Below, piece by piece: positions 16,740-25,175 of a stretch of 25,196 nt of DNA. Source of the stretch: a virus (Duplodnaviria; Caudoviricetes); IMG/VR virus record IMGVR_UViG_3300012953_000209, positions 1-25,196 of that record. One strand, given 5' to 3'. The position numbers and the translations under genes are program-made. Numbering within the stretch: the first letter of the stretch is position 1; each line of letters starts with the position of its first letter. The notes beneath the pieces were generated by a model. The model had not been told where the DNA came from, did no database searches, and worked only from the letters and a program-made list of their open reading frames with translations.

Positions 16740-16917
16740 TATATTTACCTAGCAGTTCTCTAAATATATTTTCTGCGTCAGCCAGAGAACTGTAACGGCC
16801 TCGCAAAAATTCGTATTGATCCATGCCCTTTACTCCAGCCAACATTTGATCAACTACGTCTTGTCTTCTATCTTCAAGAGCTTTTATATATTTGTCTCTT
16901 AAATTGATAGCCGACAT
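16705..16917 (-). CDS. Hypothetical phage protein
   Basis: 70-aa helical ORF coupled to the upstream stop (TAATG). Confidence 0.75.
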   Translation of the reverse strand: MSAINLRDKYIKALEDRRQDVVDQMLAGVKGMDQYEFLRGRYSSLADAENIFRELLGKYIDEDEKSSNGP

Positions 16918-17078
16918 TAACTAACGCCAGAAAACTTAGTACCGAACTCAGCGATACCAACTCCTCTCGCTTTTCCTTTGCCCATACCTGGAGTAGGTTT
17001 GGTATTAACTGCAACGCTTTTTACGTCTTTAGTTTTTACTGTACCTTTTCCTTGATAAGTGAATTTGTTTTTATTCAT
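16917..17078 (-). CDS. Small basic Gly/Lys-rich protein
   Basis: Probable start ATG 17078 (53 aa); C-terminal KARGVGIAEFGTKFSG. Confidence 0.7.
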   Translation of the reverse strand: MNKNKFTYQGKGTVKTKDVKSVAVNTKPTPGMGKGKARGVGIAEFGTKFSGVS

Positions 17079-17084
17079 GTGGGT

Positions 17085-17113
17085 ATAATCGACTAAATTC
17101 AAAAAATTTGCAA
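17085..17113 (-). promoter_or_regulatory. Putative sigma70-like promoter, possibly giving a leaderless mRNA
   Basis: TTGCAA-17 bp-GATTAT, then 6 nt to ATG 17078; no Shine-Dalgarno sequence. Confidence 0.4.
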
Positions 17114-17114
17114 G

Positions 17115-17258
17115 TTATTTTACTGGCACTATTTTTAAACCTTTTACGCCATTAGCTGTTTCTCTTCTAACTTTGTCTTTTGCAACCTCTAAGGTTGCGT
17201 TAGTTATAATCGGAAACGGATAATCTGATCTAGTAACATTGTATTTTTTTTCTTTCAT
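17115..17258 (-). CDS. Small hypothetical protein (47 aa; not in the ORF track)
   Basis: MKEKKYNVTRSDYPFPIITNATLEVAKDKVRRETANGVKGLKIVPVK; AGGT RBS. Confidence 0.65.
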   Translation of the reverse strand: MKEKKYNVTRSDYPFPIITNATLEVAKDKVRRETANGVKGLKIVPVK

Positions 17259-17260
17259 AA

Positions 17261-17416
17261 TTAATTACCTGAGTCGTACTCGGTTAGAGCCTTCCAATAA
17301 AGTTTTATTTTTTTCCATAAATATTTATAAATTATTTTAATACCTTCTGGATTTGAATTTTCCATTATTAGTATAAATATACACAAAACAATTGTTAAAA
17401 TTAAAATAGTATTCAT
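17261..17416 (-). CDS. Small single-pass membrane protein (51 aa; not in the ORF track)
   Basis: MNTILILTIVLCIFILIMENSNPEGIKIIYKYLWKKIKLYWKALTEYDSGN; AAGGA RBS. Confidence 0.65.
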   Translation of the reverse strand: MNTILILTIVLCIFILIMENSNPEGIKIIYKYLWKKIKLYWKALTEYDSGN

Positions 17417-17446
17417 TTCTTCCTTGAATATTTTTTAGAATATACA

Positions 17447-19924
17447 TTAGTTTTTCTTCATCAAATCTAACATTTTCAATTCTCTTTGTTGTTTTAATCT
17501 TTGTTGAGTTGTGTCGTCTTTCATTTCAGCAATATCTTCCTGAGTATTAATGCGTTCTTGGTCTAATTTATTTTTAGCCATAGAATCATTTCTTCTACGA
17601 GATTGATCAGCAACAAATTGTTGTTGTTCTTGTGCTAATTCTTGACCTTTTAGAGCCAACTCTTGTTTTCTGATGGTTACTAAAGGATCTTCGTCTGAAG
17701 GCGGTCCAATTTTTTCAGTAAACTCAACAATCAATTCGCTTAGTATAGGTGCAGAAAATTGTGCTAACAAGTCTTTAGCTTGCATATTTAGAGCTACTCC
17801 TTCTTGACCACCTACTTGTTGTGCTTGTTGACTTAGTTGTTCAAATTGATTTTTAAATTGAGGTGGCATTTGTTCCAAAGCAACCATGTCAGCTTTCATT
17901 TGTAAATGTTCCATAATATGAGCATGAATCGTTGCTTGCACTTGTAAATTACTTTGCACAGGAGGAGTGTTCAATAATGCCATATGTATAGCTATATGTG
18001 CGTCATGATTTTGTTGTGGAAAAGCTTTAGCAGCTTGAGCCATAATTAAAGTGTTATTTTCTAAACCAGCTTCTATAGGCATAGGTTCGGAAGGGGGTGG
18101 TGGATTTAACAGGCCATCTATATTTTCAACTCCAATTGCTGCGTACATTCTTCGATAAGCTTCGTAAACTCCACCTTGACCATGAACTTCTGGATTGGAT
18201 TGAACTAATTGCATCATTTCTTGAGCCATAGCTATTCTTTGTGAAGTGCTAAAAATATCAGGATTGGAAATTGGTATTATATCTACTCGATCATCAAAAT
18301 CATTTAATTTAATTTGCATGTTACCGTTAGCTGTCATGTATGGATATTCATTTGGTAAGTATTCTTTAAAGACCGTAGCTAATAATTTAAATTCTTTTTT
18401 TTGTGCTGAGTGTAATCTTTTGTGTATAGCTGATAGAACTTTAGTAGATCTTTCTAACAAAGCTAAAGTAGTTCCTACTGGAGCATTAGGATTGCCTTGA
18501 CCAGTATTTATTTCTGCTATAGACGCAAACTTTTGTCCTGATTCAACTAATATGCCTAACAAATTCAACAACGTACCACTTGGTTCTTTGAATGGTAGCG
18601 GTTGAATTGATTCCCTTAATGAACCACCAGGGGCATCCACATCTCTAAATTCTCCAGGCTGAATAGGAGAGTCTTCGTCTCGTATTCTAATCCCTCTTGT
18701 CTTGAATCCAGCAGGTAGATTAGCAAGAGTTCCTGCGTCAATTAATTGCCTTAGTATTGATGTAGATGCCTTGGAAAGACCTCCGATCATATGTGTTAAA
18801 CCAAACCCATAAAAACCTAATCCTGGTAAAAATTTAAAATGAACAAAATAATCTATTTTATTTCTTAACGGATCATTCTCTAAAAAATTTCTTCTGATTG
18901 ATAAAACATTTTGACTATTAACATCAATAGTAACTATGTAAGGTAATTTAACACCAGAAGGCATACCATCTGCTGACTTATCCTCAAAGCCAGGTATGTT
19001 TAAATTACAATGTACTTCGTAAAGTAAATTAACTTCACTTGAATCATACTCTGGTTCTAGACCAGATAACTTTTCTATTTCTTCTTTGACACCTGAATAA
19101 TCAGTAGCCTCTTCACCACCGTATAAATCTATTTTTTTATAAAATCCTTGTTGTTGTAATTTACGAACTTCATTCTCAGGCATTTTTATTATGTTAGTAA
19201 TTCTAGGGCAGTTTTCTAAATCGGTTGTGTAGTACGGCACAATTAAATCTTCTGGTGCAACAAATTTAGAAACGGCTCTACCTAATACTTCGTCATAATA
19301 TATTTTTTTAAAAGCAGAACCTGCTAATGGTAAATAAAATAACAATTGATCTAACTCTTCGTCATACTCCTCCATAACATGAACTATTTGATAGTTCATA
19401 AATTCTTTAACTCGTTGTGCTTGTTCCTCAACGGTTGAATCATATTGACCAACTACTTGAGTTTTTATAGGGCCGCCTGCTGGTAATAATTCTTTGTAAG
19501 CTTGTGCTTGAAAAGTTGTAACGGCTTCGCCCAATAAAGGGTGTATAACTCCTGAAGCGCCAGCAAAAGGTTCAGATCTTTCGCTATCAAACTTCATACC
19601 TAAATATTTTAGTCCGTCTATGTAGGTTCTCTCCCAATCTTCTCTAGAAGCTTTATCTTTTTCAATACCATCAATAAGTTGATTGCTTATATTCAAAAGC
19701 TCTGATTCTTCTATAAGTTCTGCTAAATTTTGATTAAAATCAGACTCAACCATATCGGGCTGACCTGTATCTAAAACGGCACTACCATCATCTTGTATGA
19801 TAAAACCACCTTCGCCAGATTGCTGTACACCTTCTATTACTTGTAAAAGTTCGTCTTCTTCAACTGACTTTGGTTTGTCAGCATTCAAAGTATTTGGTGC
19901 AATTGGTTGATTTTCTATAGCCAT
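17447..19924 (-). CDS. Portal protein
   Basis: 825 aa after TerL; EPFAGASGVIHP, LPLAGSAFKK, FLPGLGFYGFGL, LRQLIDAGTLAN motifs; long Gln-rich C-terminal coiled coil (P22-like barrel). Confidence 0.9.
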   Translation of the reverse strand: MAIENQPIAPNTLNADKPKSVEEDELLQVIEGVQQSGEGGFIIQDDGSAVLDTGQPDMVESDFNQNLAELIEESELLNISNQLIDGIEKDKASREDWERTYIDGLKYLGMKFDSERSEPFAGASGVIHPLLGEAVTTFQAQAYKELLPAGGPIKTQVVGQYDSTVEEQAQRVKEFMNYQIVHVMEEYDEELDQLLFYLPLAGSAFKKIYYDEVLGRAVSKFVAPEDLIVPYYTTDLENCPRITNIIKMPENEVRKLQQQGFYKKIDLYGGEEATDYSGVKEEIEKLSGLEPEYDSSEVNLLYEVHCNLNIPGFEDKSADGMPSGVKLPYIVTIDVNSQNVLSIRRNFLENDPLRNKIDYFVHFKFLPGLGFYGFGLTHMIGGLSKASTSILRQLIDAGTLANLPAGFKTRGIRIRDEDSPIQPGEFRDVDAPGGSLRESIQPLPFKEPSGTLLNLLGILVESGQKFASIAEINTGQGNPNAPVGTTLALLERSTKVLSAIHKRLHSAQKKEFKLLATVFKEYLPNEYPYMTANGNMQIKLNDFDDRVDIIPISNPDIFSTSQRIAMAQEMMQLVQSNPEVHGQGGVYEAYRRMYAAIGVENIDGLLNPPPPSEPMPIEAGLENNTLIMAQAAKAFPQQNHDAHIAIHMALLNTPPVQSNLQVQATIHAHIMEHLQMKADMVALEQMPPQFKNQFEQLSQQAQQVGGQEGVALNMQAKDLLAQFSAPILSELIVEFTEKIGPPSDEDPLVTIRKQELALKGQELAQEQQQFVADQSRRRNDSMAKNKLDQERINTQEDIAEMKDDTTQQRLKQQRELKMLDLMKKN

Positions 19925-19925
19925 T

Positions 19926-20096
19926 TTAATGTAAGATTCTATCTTCTGATAATATTCCTTGAGAACTTAGTTCGCCAACTATTTCTAAATTAAAATAGTC
20001 TGCTTGCTCTAAAGCATTCTCCCAAGAGTGTGCCAGAATACAAGGACCTTCTTTTACTATTCCGTCTTCAACGTATTGTGTTATGTAAATACCCAT
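19926..20096 (-). CDS. Small acidic hypothetical protein (56 aa; not in the ORF track)
   Basis: MGIYITQYVEDGIVKEGPCILAHSWENALEQADYFNLEIVGELSSQGILSEDRILH; TAATG overlap with the TerL stop; ends 1 nt before the portal ATG. Confidence 0.8.
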   Translation of the reverse strand: MGIYITQYVEDGIVKEGPCILAHSWENALEQADYFNLEIVGELSSQGILSEDRILH

Positions 20097-21556
20097 TAGT
20101 AATAAACTCTATTTATAATTGGTTTTTCATCATCTTCATAATCATCATTTAAAGAAAGTAAACCACCTTCTCTAAATCTCATTAAAGCTTGAGTCATAGT
20201 ATCACATAAATCATCATTTGCACCAAAGGGAAAAGATGCACATTCTTCTATCATTTCTTCAGAAAAAGCTCTGATGGGTGCATAAACTAAACCACTTTCA
20301 AATATAGGTGCGACTGAGTGCATACGAGTTGTTTTATCGTGACCTCTAGTTGGCGAGTAATTTACTACAGGTATGCCAAGTCTTCTTAGTTCATGAGTTA
20401 AAGGCGTACCTGAAGCTTTGGCCTCTATTATTACCATATCTGGCTCCCAATATTTATACTCTTCCATAGCTATTCTTTTAAGTTCAGGAAAATCATATCG
20501 ACCTTTTTGACAATCTAATAAAATTATAGAATCAGGAGAATCTTCATTTGGGCGAAAAACTCCCCAAGTTGATATAGCAGAATAGTCAGCGTTTTGTTTT
20601 TTAGAAAAAGCCGTATCATAACTTTGAATTATATAATTGACTGCTGGTAAAGAATCATGTTCCCATTTTTGCCACCACTCTCGTTTAATTATAGAGCCTT
20701 CTTCAGCAGTAGGAGTTTGCATCCATTGAGCATTCCACTTCATAGCGGGTAAGGATGCTTTAACTTTTAATAATTCTTCTTTAGCCCAAAACTCTTCCCA
20801 CAAAGGTTTTTCAGTTTCAGGAAAAATAGCTGGAAATTCAACTATATCCCATTGATCAGCCAGCGGTTCTTTTTGAGCATTTAATAATTTAGCGGTTAAA
20901 TCTAAATTACTCCATCTGGTCATAACTAAAACTATAGCTCCACCTGGTTGTAAACGCTGTCTAGGTCCAGAGGTGTACCATTCCCAACAAGACTCCATAG
21001 CAGTCGGACTCAAAGCATCTTGTTCTGAATGCGGATCATCAATAATCATGAGATCTGCACCACGACCAGTAATCGCACCCCCAACACCAGCAGCAAAGTA
21101 TTCGCCATTTTTATTGGTTTCCCAACGACCAGCAGATTTACTATCAGACGATAAGGTTACTTCTGGAAATATTCTTTGATATTCTTGAGTGTCCATCATG
21201 TTTCTGACTTTACGACCAAAACGTACTGCTAGTTCACCAGTATGCGTGGCTTGCATAATTTTACGATTAGGAGTCTTGCCCATAATCCAAGCTGGAAAAT
21301 AAGTAGAGGCAAATTCAGATTTAGTGTGTCTAGGTGGCATATTAACAATCAAACGATTTATAGTGCCATTTGCAATACCTTCTAATTTTTCAGCAAAAAT
21401 TTTATGGTGACGACCACAAATAAAACCATCCCACATATGCTCAACAAAATTTAAAAAATTATCCTGACAACCTTTTTGTTTTTTAATTAAATCTAAGCGC
21501 TCTTTTAAAGCCAACGCTTCTTTTATTTCGGAATCAGATAAATGACCAAGACTCAT
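20096..21556 (-). CDS. terL: Terminase large subunit
   Basis: Walker A-like NMPPRHTKS, Walker B LMIIDDP, coupling motif VMTRW, nuclease residues in SYDTA, IEAKASG and DDLCD. Confidence 0.96.
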   Translation of the reverse strand: MSLGHLSDSEIKEALALKERLDLIKKQKGCQDNFLNFVEHMWDGFICGRHHKIFAEKLEGIANGTINRLIVNMPPRHTKSEFASTYFPAWIMGKTPNRKIMQATHTGELAVRFGRKVRNMMDTQEYQRIFPEVTLSSDSKSAGRWETNKNGEYFAAGVGGAITGRGADLMIIDDPHSEQDALSPTAMESCWEWYTSGPRQRLQPGGAIVLVMTRWSNLDLTAKLLNAQKEPLADQWDIVEFPAIFPETEKPLWEEFWAKEELLKVKASLPAMKWNAQWMQTPTAEEGSIIKREWWQKWEHDSLPAVNYIIQSYDTAFSKKQNADYSAISTWGVFRPNEDSPDSIILLDCQKGRYDFPELKRIAMEEYKYWEPDMVIIEAKASGTPLTHELRRLGIPVVNYSPTRGHDKTTRMHSVAPIFESGLVYAPIRAFSEEMIEECASFPFGANDDLCDTMTQALMRFREGGLLSLNDDYEDDEKPIINRVYY

Positions 21557-23493
21557 ACAATTTTTAATTTACCATCTTTGGTGTAATCATAAGGTATTTG
21601 CAAAGCGGAGAGTTTTCTTTCTATTTCATCAAGACCATCAAAGCCCATACCTTTGCTAATTCTTGGATCAACAGCACCACCAGATCTAAAGGCACTTATA
21701 CCTTTCTCTGCTATAGCTTTTCGCAATTCATCATCTATTCTAATAGTAAAACCAACATCTAAATTTTTAGTAATAAAATCAATCTCACCAGAAAGCAAAG
21801 AAGTATCAACTTCAATCTTTTTTTCCATACCAAGCTCTTTTAAAACTTTTGTCACTTGTGCTGGAATTTTTTTATCATAAAGGTCTTTTATGTATTCAAG
21901 TCCTTCTGCAGAATCTCTTTTCGCAACGCCAGGAGAAAAACTAAAAACTAATTCATACACATTAGGATCAGCAGCTGCAGCAGCAATATTCTCTCTGACA
22001 GTTGGCACTTCTACCCGAGCAATATCTTTATCGTCAAATGGACCTCTGCGTATTTTATCACTACCTCTAAAAGATACAGGTGTTTTTAAAATTTCTTTAC
22101 CATCTTTACCTTTAAATACTGGATTATTAATATCAGCGTTAGCTCTTAAAAATTTATTAAAAGATTGTTCGCCAGGTACGGTACTCAAAGGTCTAGTCGG
22201 ATCATAAAATAATTTTTTATAGTAAGCATCTATATCATCTGCCATTTCTGGAAAATTACGTTTACTTGGCATTTTGTATTCAGAAACAAATTTTGCGTTA
22301 TCTTTATAGGACTTAACAATTTTTGCTATATCTTTATCTAGGTCTTTTATCTCGCCTAATAATTTTTTTGCTTCAGGTGTGTTTTTACTAAGTTTTTCAT
22401 ATGCAGCTTTTTTTACGGCTTGTTGTGATTTTAAATAGGCAGCTTGAACAGATTCTTGTTTTATGTTTTTTGAAATTTTTTGGAGGGCTTTTAGTTCCTC
22501 AAGTGTAGAAAAAGGTTTTTTTGTTGATTTAACATAATTACTTAACATTTTAGAATACTCAGATTGCACTCTAGCAACAACTCTTGTTTTGCCAGCAGTA
22601 CCTAACAAATCAATGACTCCATCAAAAACCAAAGCATTATCGTAGTTAGGATAGTGGTTAGTTGCACTACCTCCTTTTTTTCTTAAATTTTCTAAATTTC
22701 TAACCTGATAAACTTTTTGAGTTTCAAAACTAAAGTCACCTCTTCTATTTAATCTATCAGCAGCTTCTTCAGTAAGTTCAGGCATATATCTATCTGACTT
22801 TTTAACATTTTTAAAATTAAACAAACCTTTTTGATTTTTTTTAACATATTGATCAAACACCTCTAAAGATATTTCTCTATCACCAAATTGTTTTTTTAGT
22901 TGTGGATGTAATCGACCAAATTCATCTGTAATTCTTAAAGCTCGTAATTCGCCTTCGGTCACTTTGCTACCTTTACCAACTTTTTTTAACAAAGCCACAT
23001 ACTTTTCAGCAGTAGCTCGTTCTGGTAGTTTGTCGCCAGCTTGATCAGTTATAAATTTTCTAGTGGGCGATATTAAATTTGATGTGTTTGGATAAGCTAA
23101 ATCATCTAAATCTTTTTTAATAAAATCTGGGAATTTAGCTGGAATAGCTTCTTCAGTCGCTTCTATTAATTTAGGTTCATTTTTTGCTAATGGTTGAACA
23201 GCTTTTCTAGCTCGTATGAATCTTAGAATTGGCACGAAACTAGCAATACCAAGAGCAGTTAAAGCACCATAACCTAATCCTCCTAAGAGATCTCCTTCTT
23301 GAACTTTTTCGCTGGCTCTCGTACCAAACTCGCCAACTTCGTAAGCGGTAAGGGCATCACCAATACCAGGGGTAACACTAATTGCTATTTGATCGACAAT
23401 AGGTAGTTCTTCAAACTTGCGATAAGCATCACGCACATTACCTTTGCCTATTAAATCTTGTATATCTGCGGTTAGTTCAGCTCTATTAGCCAT
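21553..23493 (-). CDS. Large hypothetical protein, putative internal virion/ejection protein
   Basis: 646 aa; N-terminal hydrophobic Gly/Ala hairpin (LLGGLGYGALTALGIASFVPIL); K-rich; FRSGGAV near the C-terminus. Confidence 0.6.
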   Translation of the reverse strand: MANRAELTADIQDLIGKGNVRDAYRKFEELPIVDQIAISVTPGIGDALTAYEVGEFGTRASEKVQEGDLLGGLGYGALTALGIASFVPILRFIRARKAVQPLAKNEPKLIEATEEAIPAKFPDFIKKDLDDLAYPNTSNLISPTRKFITDQAGDKLPERATAEKYVALLKKVGKGSKVTEGELRALRITDEFGRLHPQLKKQFGDREISLEVFDQYVKKNQKGLFNFKNVKKSDRYMPELTEEAADRLNRRGDFSFETQKVYQVRNLENLRKKGGSATNHYPNYDNALVFDGVIDLLGTAGKTRVVARVQSEYSKMLSNYVKSTKKPFSTLEELKALQKISKNIKQESVQAAYLKSQQAVKKAAYEKLSKNTPEAKKLLGEIKDLDKDIAKIVKSYKDNAKFVSEYKMPSKRNFPEMADDIDAYYKKLFYDPTRPLSTVPGEQSFNKFLRANADINNPVFKGKDGKEILKTPVSFRGSDKIRRGPFDDKDIARVEVPTVRENIAAAAADPNVYELVFSFSPGVAKRDSAEGLEYIKDLYDKKIPAQVTKVLKELGMEKKIEVDTSLLSGEIDFITKNLDVGFTIRIDDELRKAIAEKGISAFRSGGAVDPRISKGMGFDGLDEIERKLSALQIPYDYTKDGKLKIV

Positions 23494-23496
23494 TTC

Positions 23497-24324
23497 TTAC
23501 CCCAATAGTTCAGCTAACATTTGTTGGCGTAAGGCTCTATTTTCTAATTCAGTCATATAATCAGCTAATCTGATATTACTACCGCCATAATTAGATATAA
23601 ATTTTGATGGCATAACACTAGCAATACCTGTTTCTTGGCCAGTTGTTTGTTCTGGATAAACAATATCAGGTCTAGGGTTGAGTATGTCGTAAATATCTAA
23701 TCCAGTATTAATAGCATCTACAATTTTACCGTAATCTATATTTATGGGTTCGGGTGCTGGCACTCTTACAACTACTTCTTCATCTGGCAGTCTATTTTCA
23801 TCTAAAGAATTATTATACAAACTGGTAAAGAAACCACCTACACCCCCACCAAAAGAAAATCTTGGAATTATTTTACTACCGTCTCCAGCAGTACCCATAA
23901 TTTTTTCAGCAGAATCTAATTTATTTAATTGATCTCTACGATCTCCTAACTTTTTTACTATAATGTTACTAAAAGTTAGTTCTTGATCTCTAGCTGCTTT
24001 TTTTTGTTGGAGGGGTAAAGTTTTAAAAATTTTATTGTTAACATTTCTAGCTTTGTTTAACCTTTTTAGTTCTTGGTTAATATCATCAACACCCATACTA
24101 TCTATAGTTTTTATATAATTTCTTAATAAAGGCGCTCCTTTTAAAAGTCTAGCCATAGGAAACATACCAACTAAATCCAAGCCGATACTAGCATAAGTAG
24201 CTTCCGCTGGATTTTTAACAAACTCTGGTAACATAAAATCTCTAGCCACGCCCAAAGCGGTTATGCCTTGGTCATAAATATTTTTTAAATTTGACTTTGA
24301 AGCTGTAGGATCTGCTACTCGCAT
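23497..24324 (-). CDS. Hypothetical protein, possibly an internal virion protein
   Basis: 275-aa ORF in the TerL operon; contains RFSFGGGV. Confidence 0.7.
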   Translation of the reverse strand: MRVADPTASKSNLKNIYDQGITALGVARDFMLPEFVKNPAEATYASIGLDLVGMFPMARLLKGAPLLRNYIKTIDSMGVDDINQELKRLNKARNVNNKIFKTLPLQQKKAARDQELTFSNIIVKKLGDRRDQLNKLDSAEKIMGTAGDGSKIIPRFSFGGGVGGFFTSLYNNSLDENRLPDEEVVVRVPAPEPINIDYGKIVDAINTGLDIYDILNPRPDIVYPEQTTGQETGIASVMPSKFISNYGGSNIRLADYMTELENRALRQQMLAELLG

Positions 24325-24325
24325 T

Positions 24326-24652
24326 TTACTCTATATCAGCTAATAATTTATCAATCGTACCGCCTTCTTTCATGCCCATAGAGTCCCCCATAACCTTACC
24401 CATAATCTCAGGATTACCAAAACTTTGTTCAGCTAAAGCAAGATCTTGTAAAGAAATGCCAAATTGTTTTAAAAAAGCATCTATTTCAGCTTCAGACATA
24501 CCAGCGGCCATCATTTCTTGTACTAAAGCACGAATTTCACCTAACGCAGCTTGCGCTTCAGAAACATCTGCTTGAGAAACCGTTTCAGTATCAGTTGCAA
24601 TCATATTGGGACTGCCGCCCATCATGTTTTCTAACTCATTCATTTCTTCCAT
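24326..24652 (-). CDS. Acidic Met-rich hypothetical protein, first gene of the late operon
   Basis: 108 aa; AGGAG RBS; MKEGGTI near the C-terminus. Confidence 0.8.
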   Translation of the reverse strand: MEEMNELENMMGGSPNMIATDTETVSQADVSEAQAALGEIRALVQEMMAAGMSEAEIDAFLKQFGISLQDLALAEQSFGNPEIMGKVMGDSMGMKEGGTIDKLLADIE

Positions 24653-24671
24653 TTTAACTCCTATAACTAGA

Positions 24672-24729
24672 GCAGACCCAAACTATAGAGGAGAAGAGAT
24701 GAGTCGTGAGACTTTTAGTCTGAGTCTGC
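24672..24729 (-). ncRNA. Candidate structured 5' leader hairpin
   Basis: 14-bp stem GCAGACUCAGACUA/UAGUUUGGGUCUGC (two G-U pairs) enclosing an anti-SD-like CUCCU. Confidence 0.45.
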
Positions 24730-24765
24730 AATATTCTATTCATAATATATATTATTTAAAAAATA

Positions 24766-24795
24766 ATGATATACCAGTATGGGTACCCTTTGCAA
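24766..24795 (-). promoter_or_regulatory. Putative promoter of the packaging/structural operon
   Basis: TTGCAA-18 bp-TATCAT with the palindrome GGGTACCC in the spacer. Confidence 0.45.
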
Positions 24796-24929
24796 AAAAA
24801 GTGGAATTTGTTTGAGAGAGTTATTGTGCTTGATTGTGTTATATACTGCCTGGCTCCAAATGGGTCCCCGCCTGTTTTTTAAGTCCCAACGCCGACCCGA
24901 TTGCGTCAGCATTAGAGTCCCATATAGCA

Positions 24930-24955
24930 CAAAACCCACAGTTAAGTGGGTTTTG
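24930..24955 (-). terminator. Probable terminator hairpin
   Basis: CAAAACCCAC-6 nt-GTGGGTTTTG 10-bp inverted repeat just downstream of gene 24972..25175. Confidence 0.65.
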
Positions 24956-24971
24956 GCTAACAAAGAAAAGA

Positions 24972-25175
24972 TTAGTTAGTGCGTGTGGGACTATCCAATC
25001 TTCTTATCTCTTCTTCGCTAAGTGACATGACTTCTTCCATATCAATTGTTTTCCATTCGCCATTTGCAATATAACTTACATTGTTAATTGTTAGATCAGT
25101 TGGACTATATGATACTTCGTAACATTCGCCTCCATTCTCTAACACAACCTTCATTAATATTTTTCTTACTCGCAT
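24972..25175 (-). CDS. Hypothetical protein
   Basis: 67 aa with a strong AAGGAG RBS. Confidence 0.75.
   Translation of the reverse strand: MRVRKILMKVVLENGGECYEVSYSPTDLTINNVSYIANGEWKTIDMEEVMSLSEEEIRRLDSPTRTN

Noticed and set aside
17182-17198. Inverted repeat GCAACCT-CTA-AGGTTGC
   Set aside because: It lies inside a small ORF and is followed by an A tract, not a U tract, on the transcribed strand.
1543-24575. Numerous plus-strand ORFs (e.g. 4874..5314, 10664..11224, 12450..12857, 21890..22207)
   Set aside because: They lie antisense to well-supported minus-strand genes and show no motifs; treated as shadows.
13234-24852. 12-mer ATATACTGCCTG at 13245..13234 (minus) and 24841..24852 (plus)
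   Set aside because: The copies are in opposite orientation with no shared context; 12-mer matches arise by chance in 25 kb.
24606-25025. ORFs 24606..24815, 24736..24963, 24779..24979 and 24834..25025
   Set aside because: They overlap terminator, promoter and leader elements, lack an RBS and have atypical composition; the region is probably non-coding.
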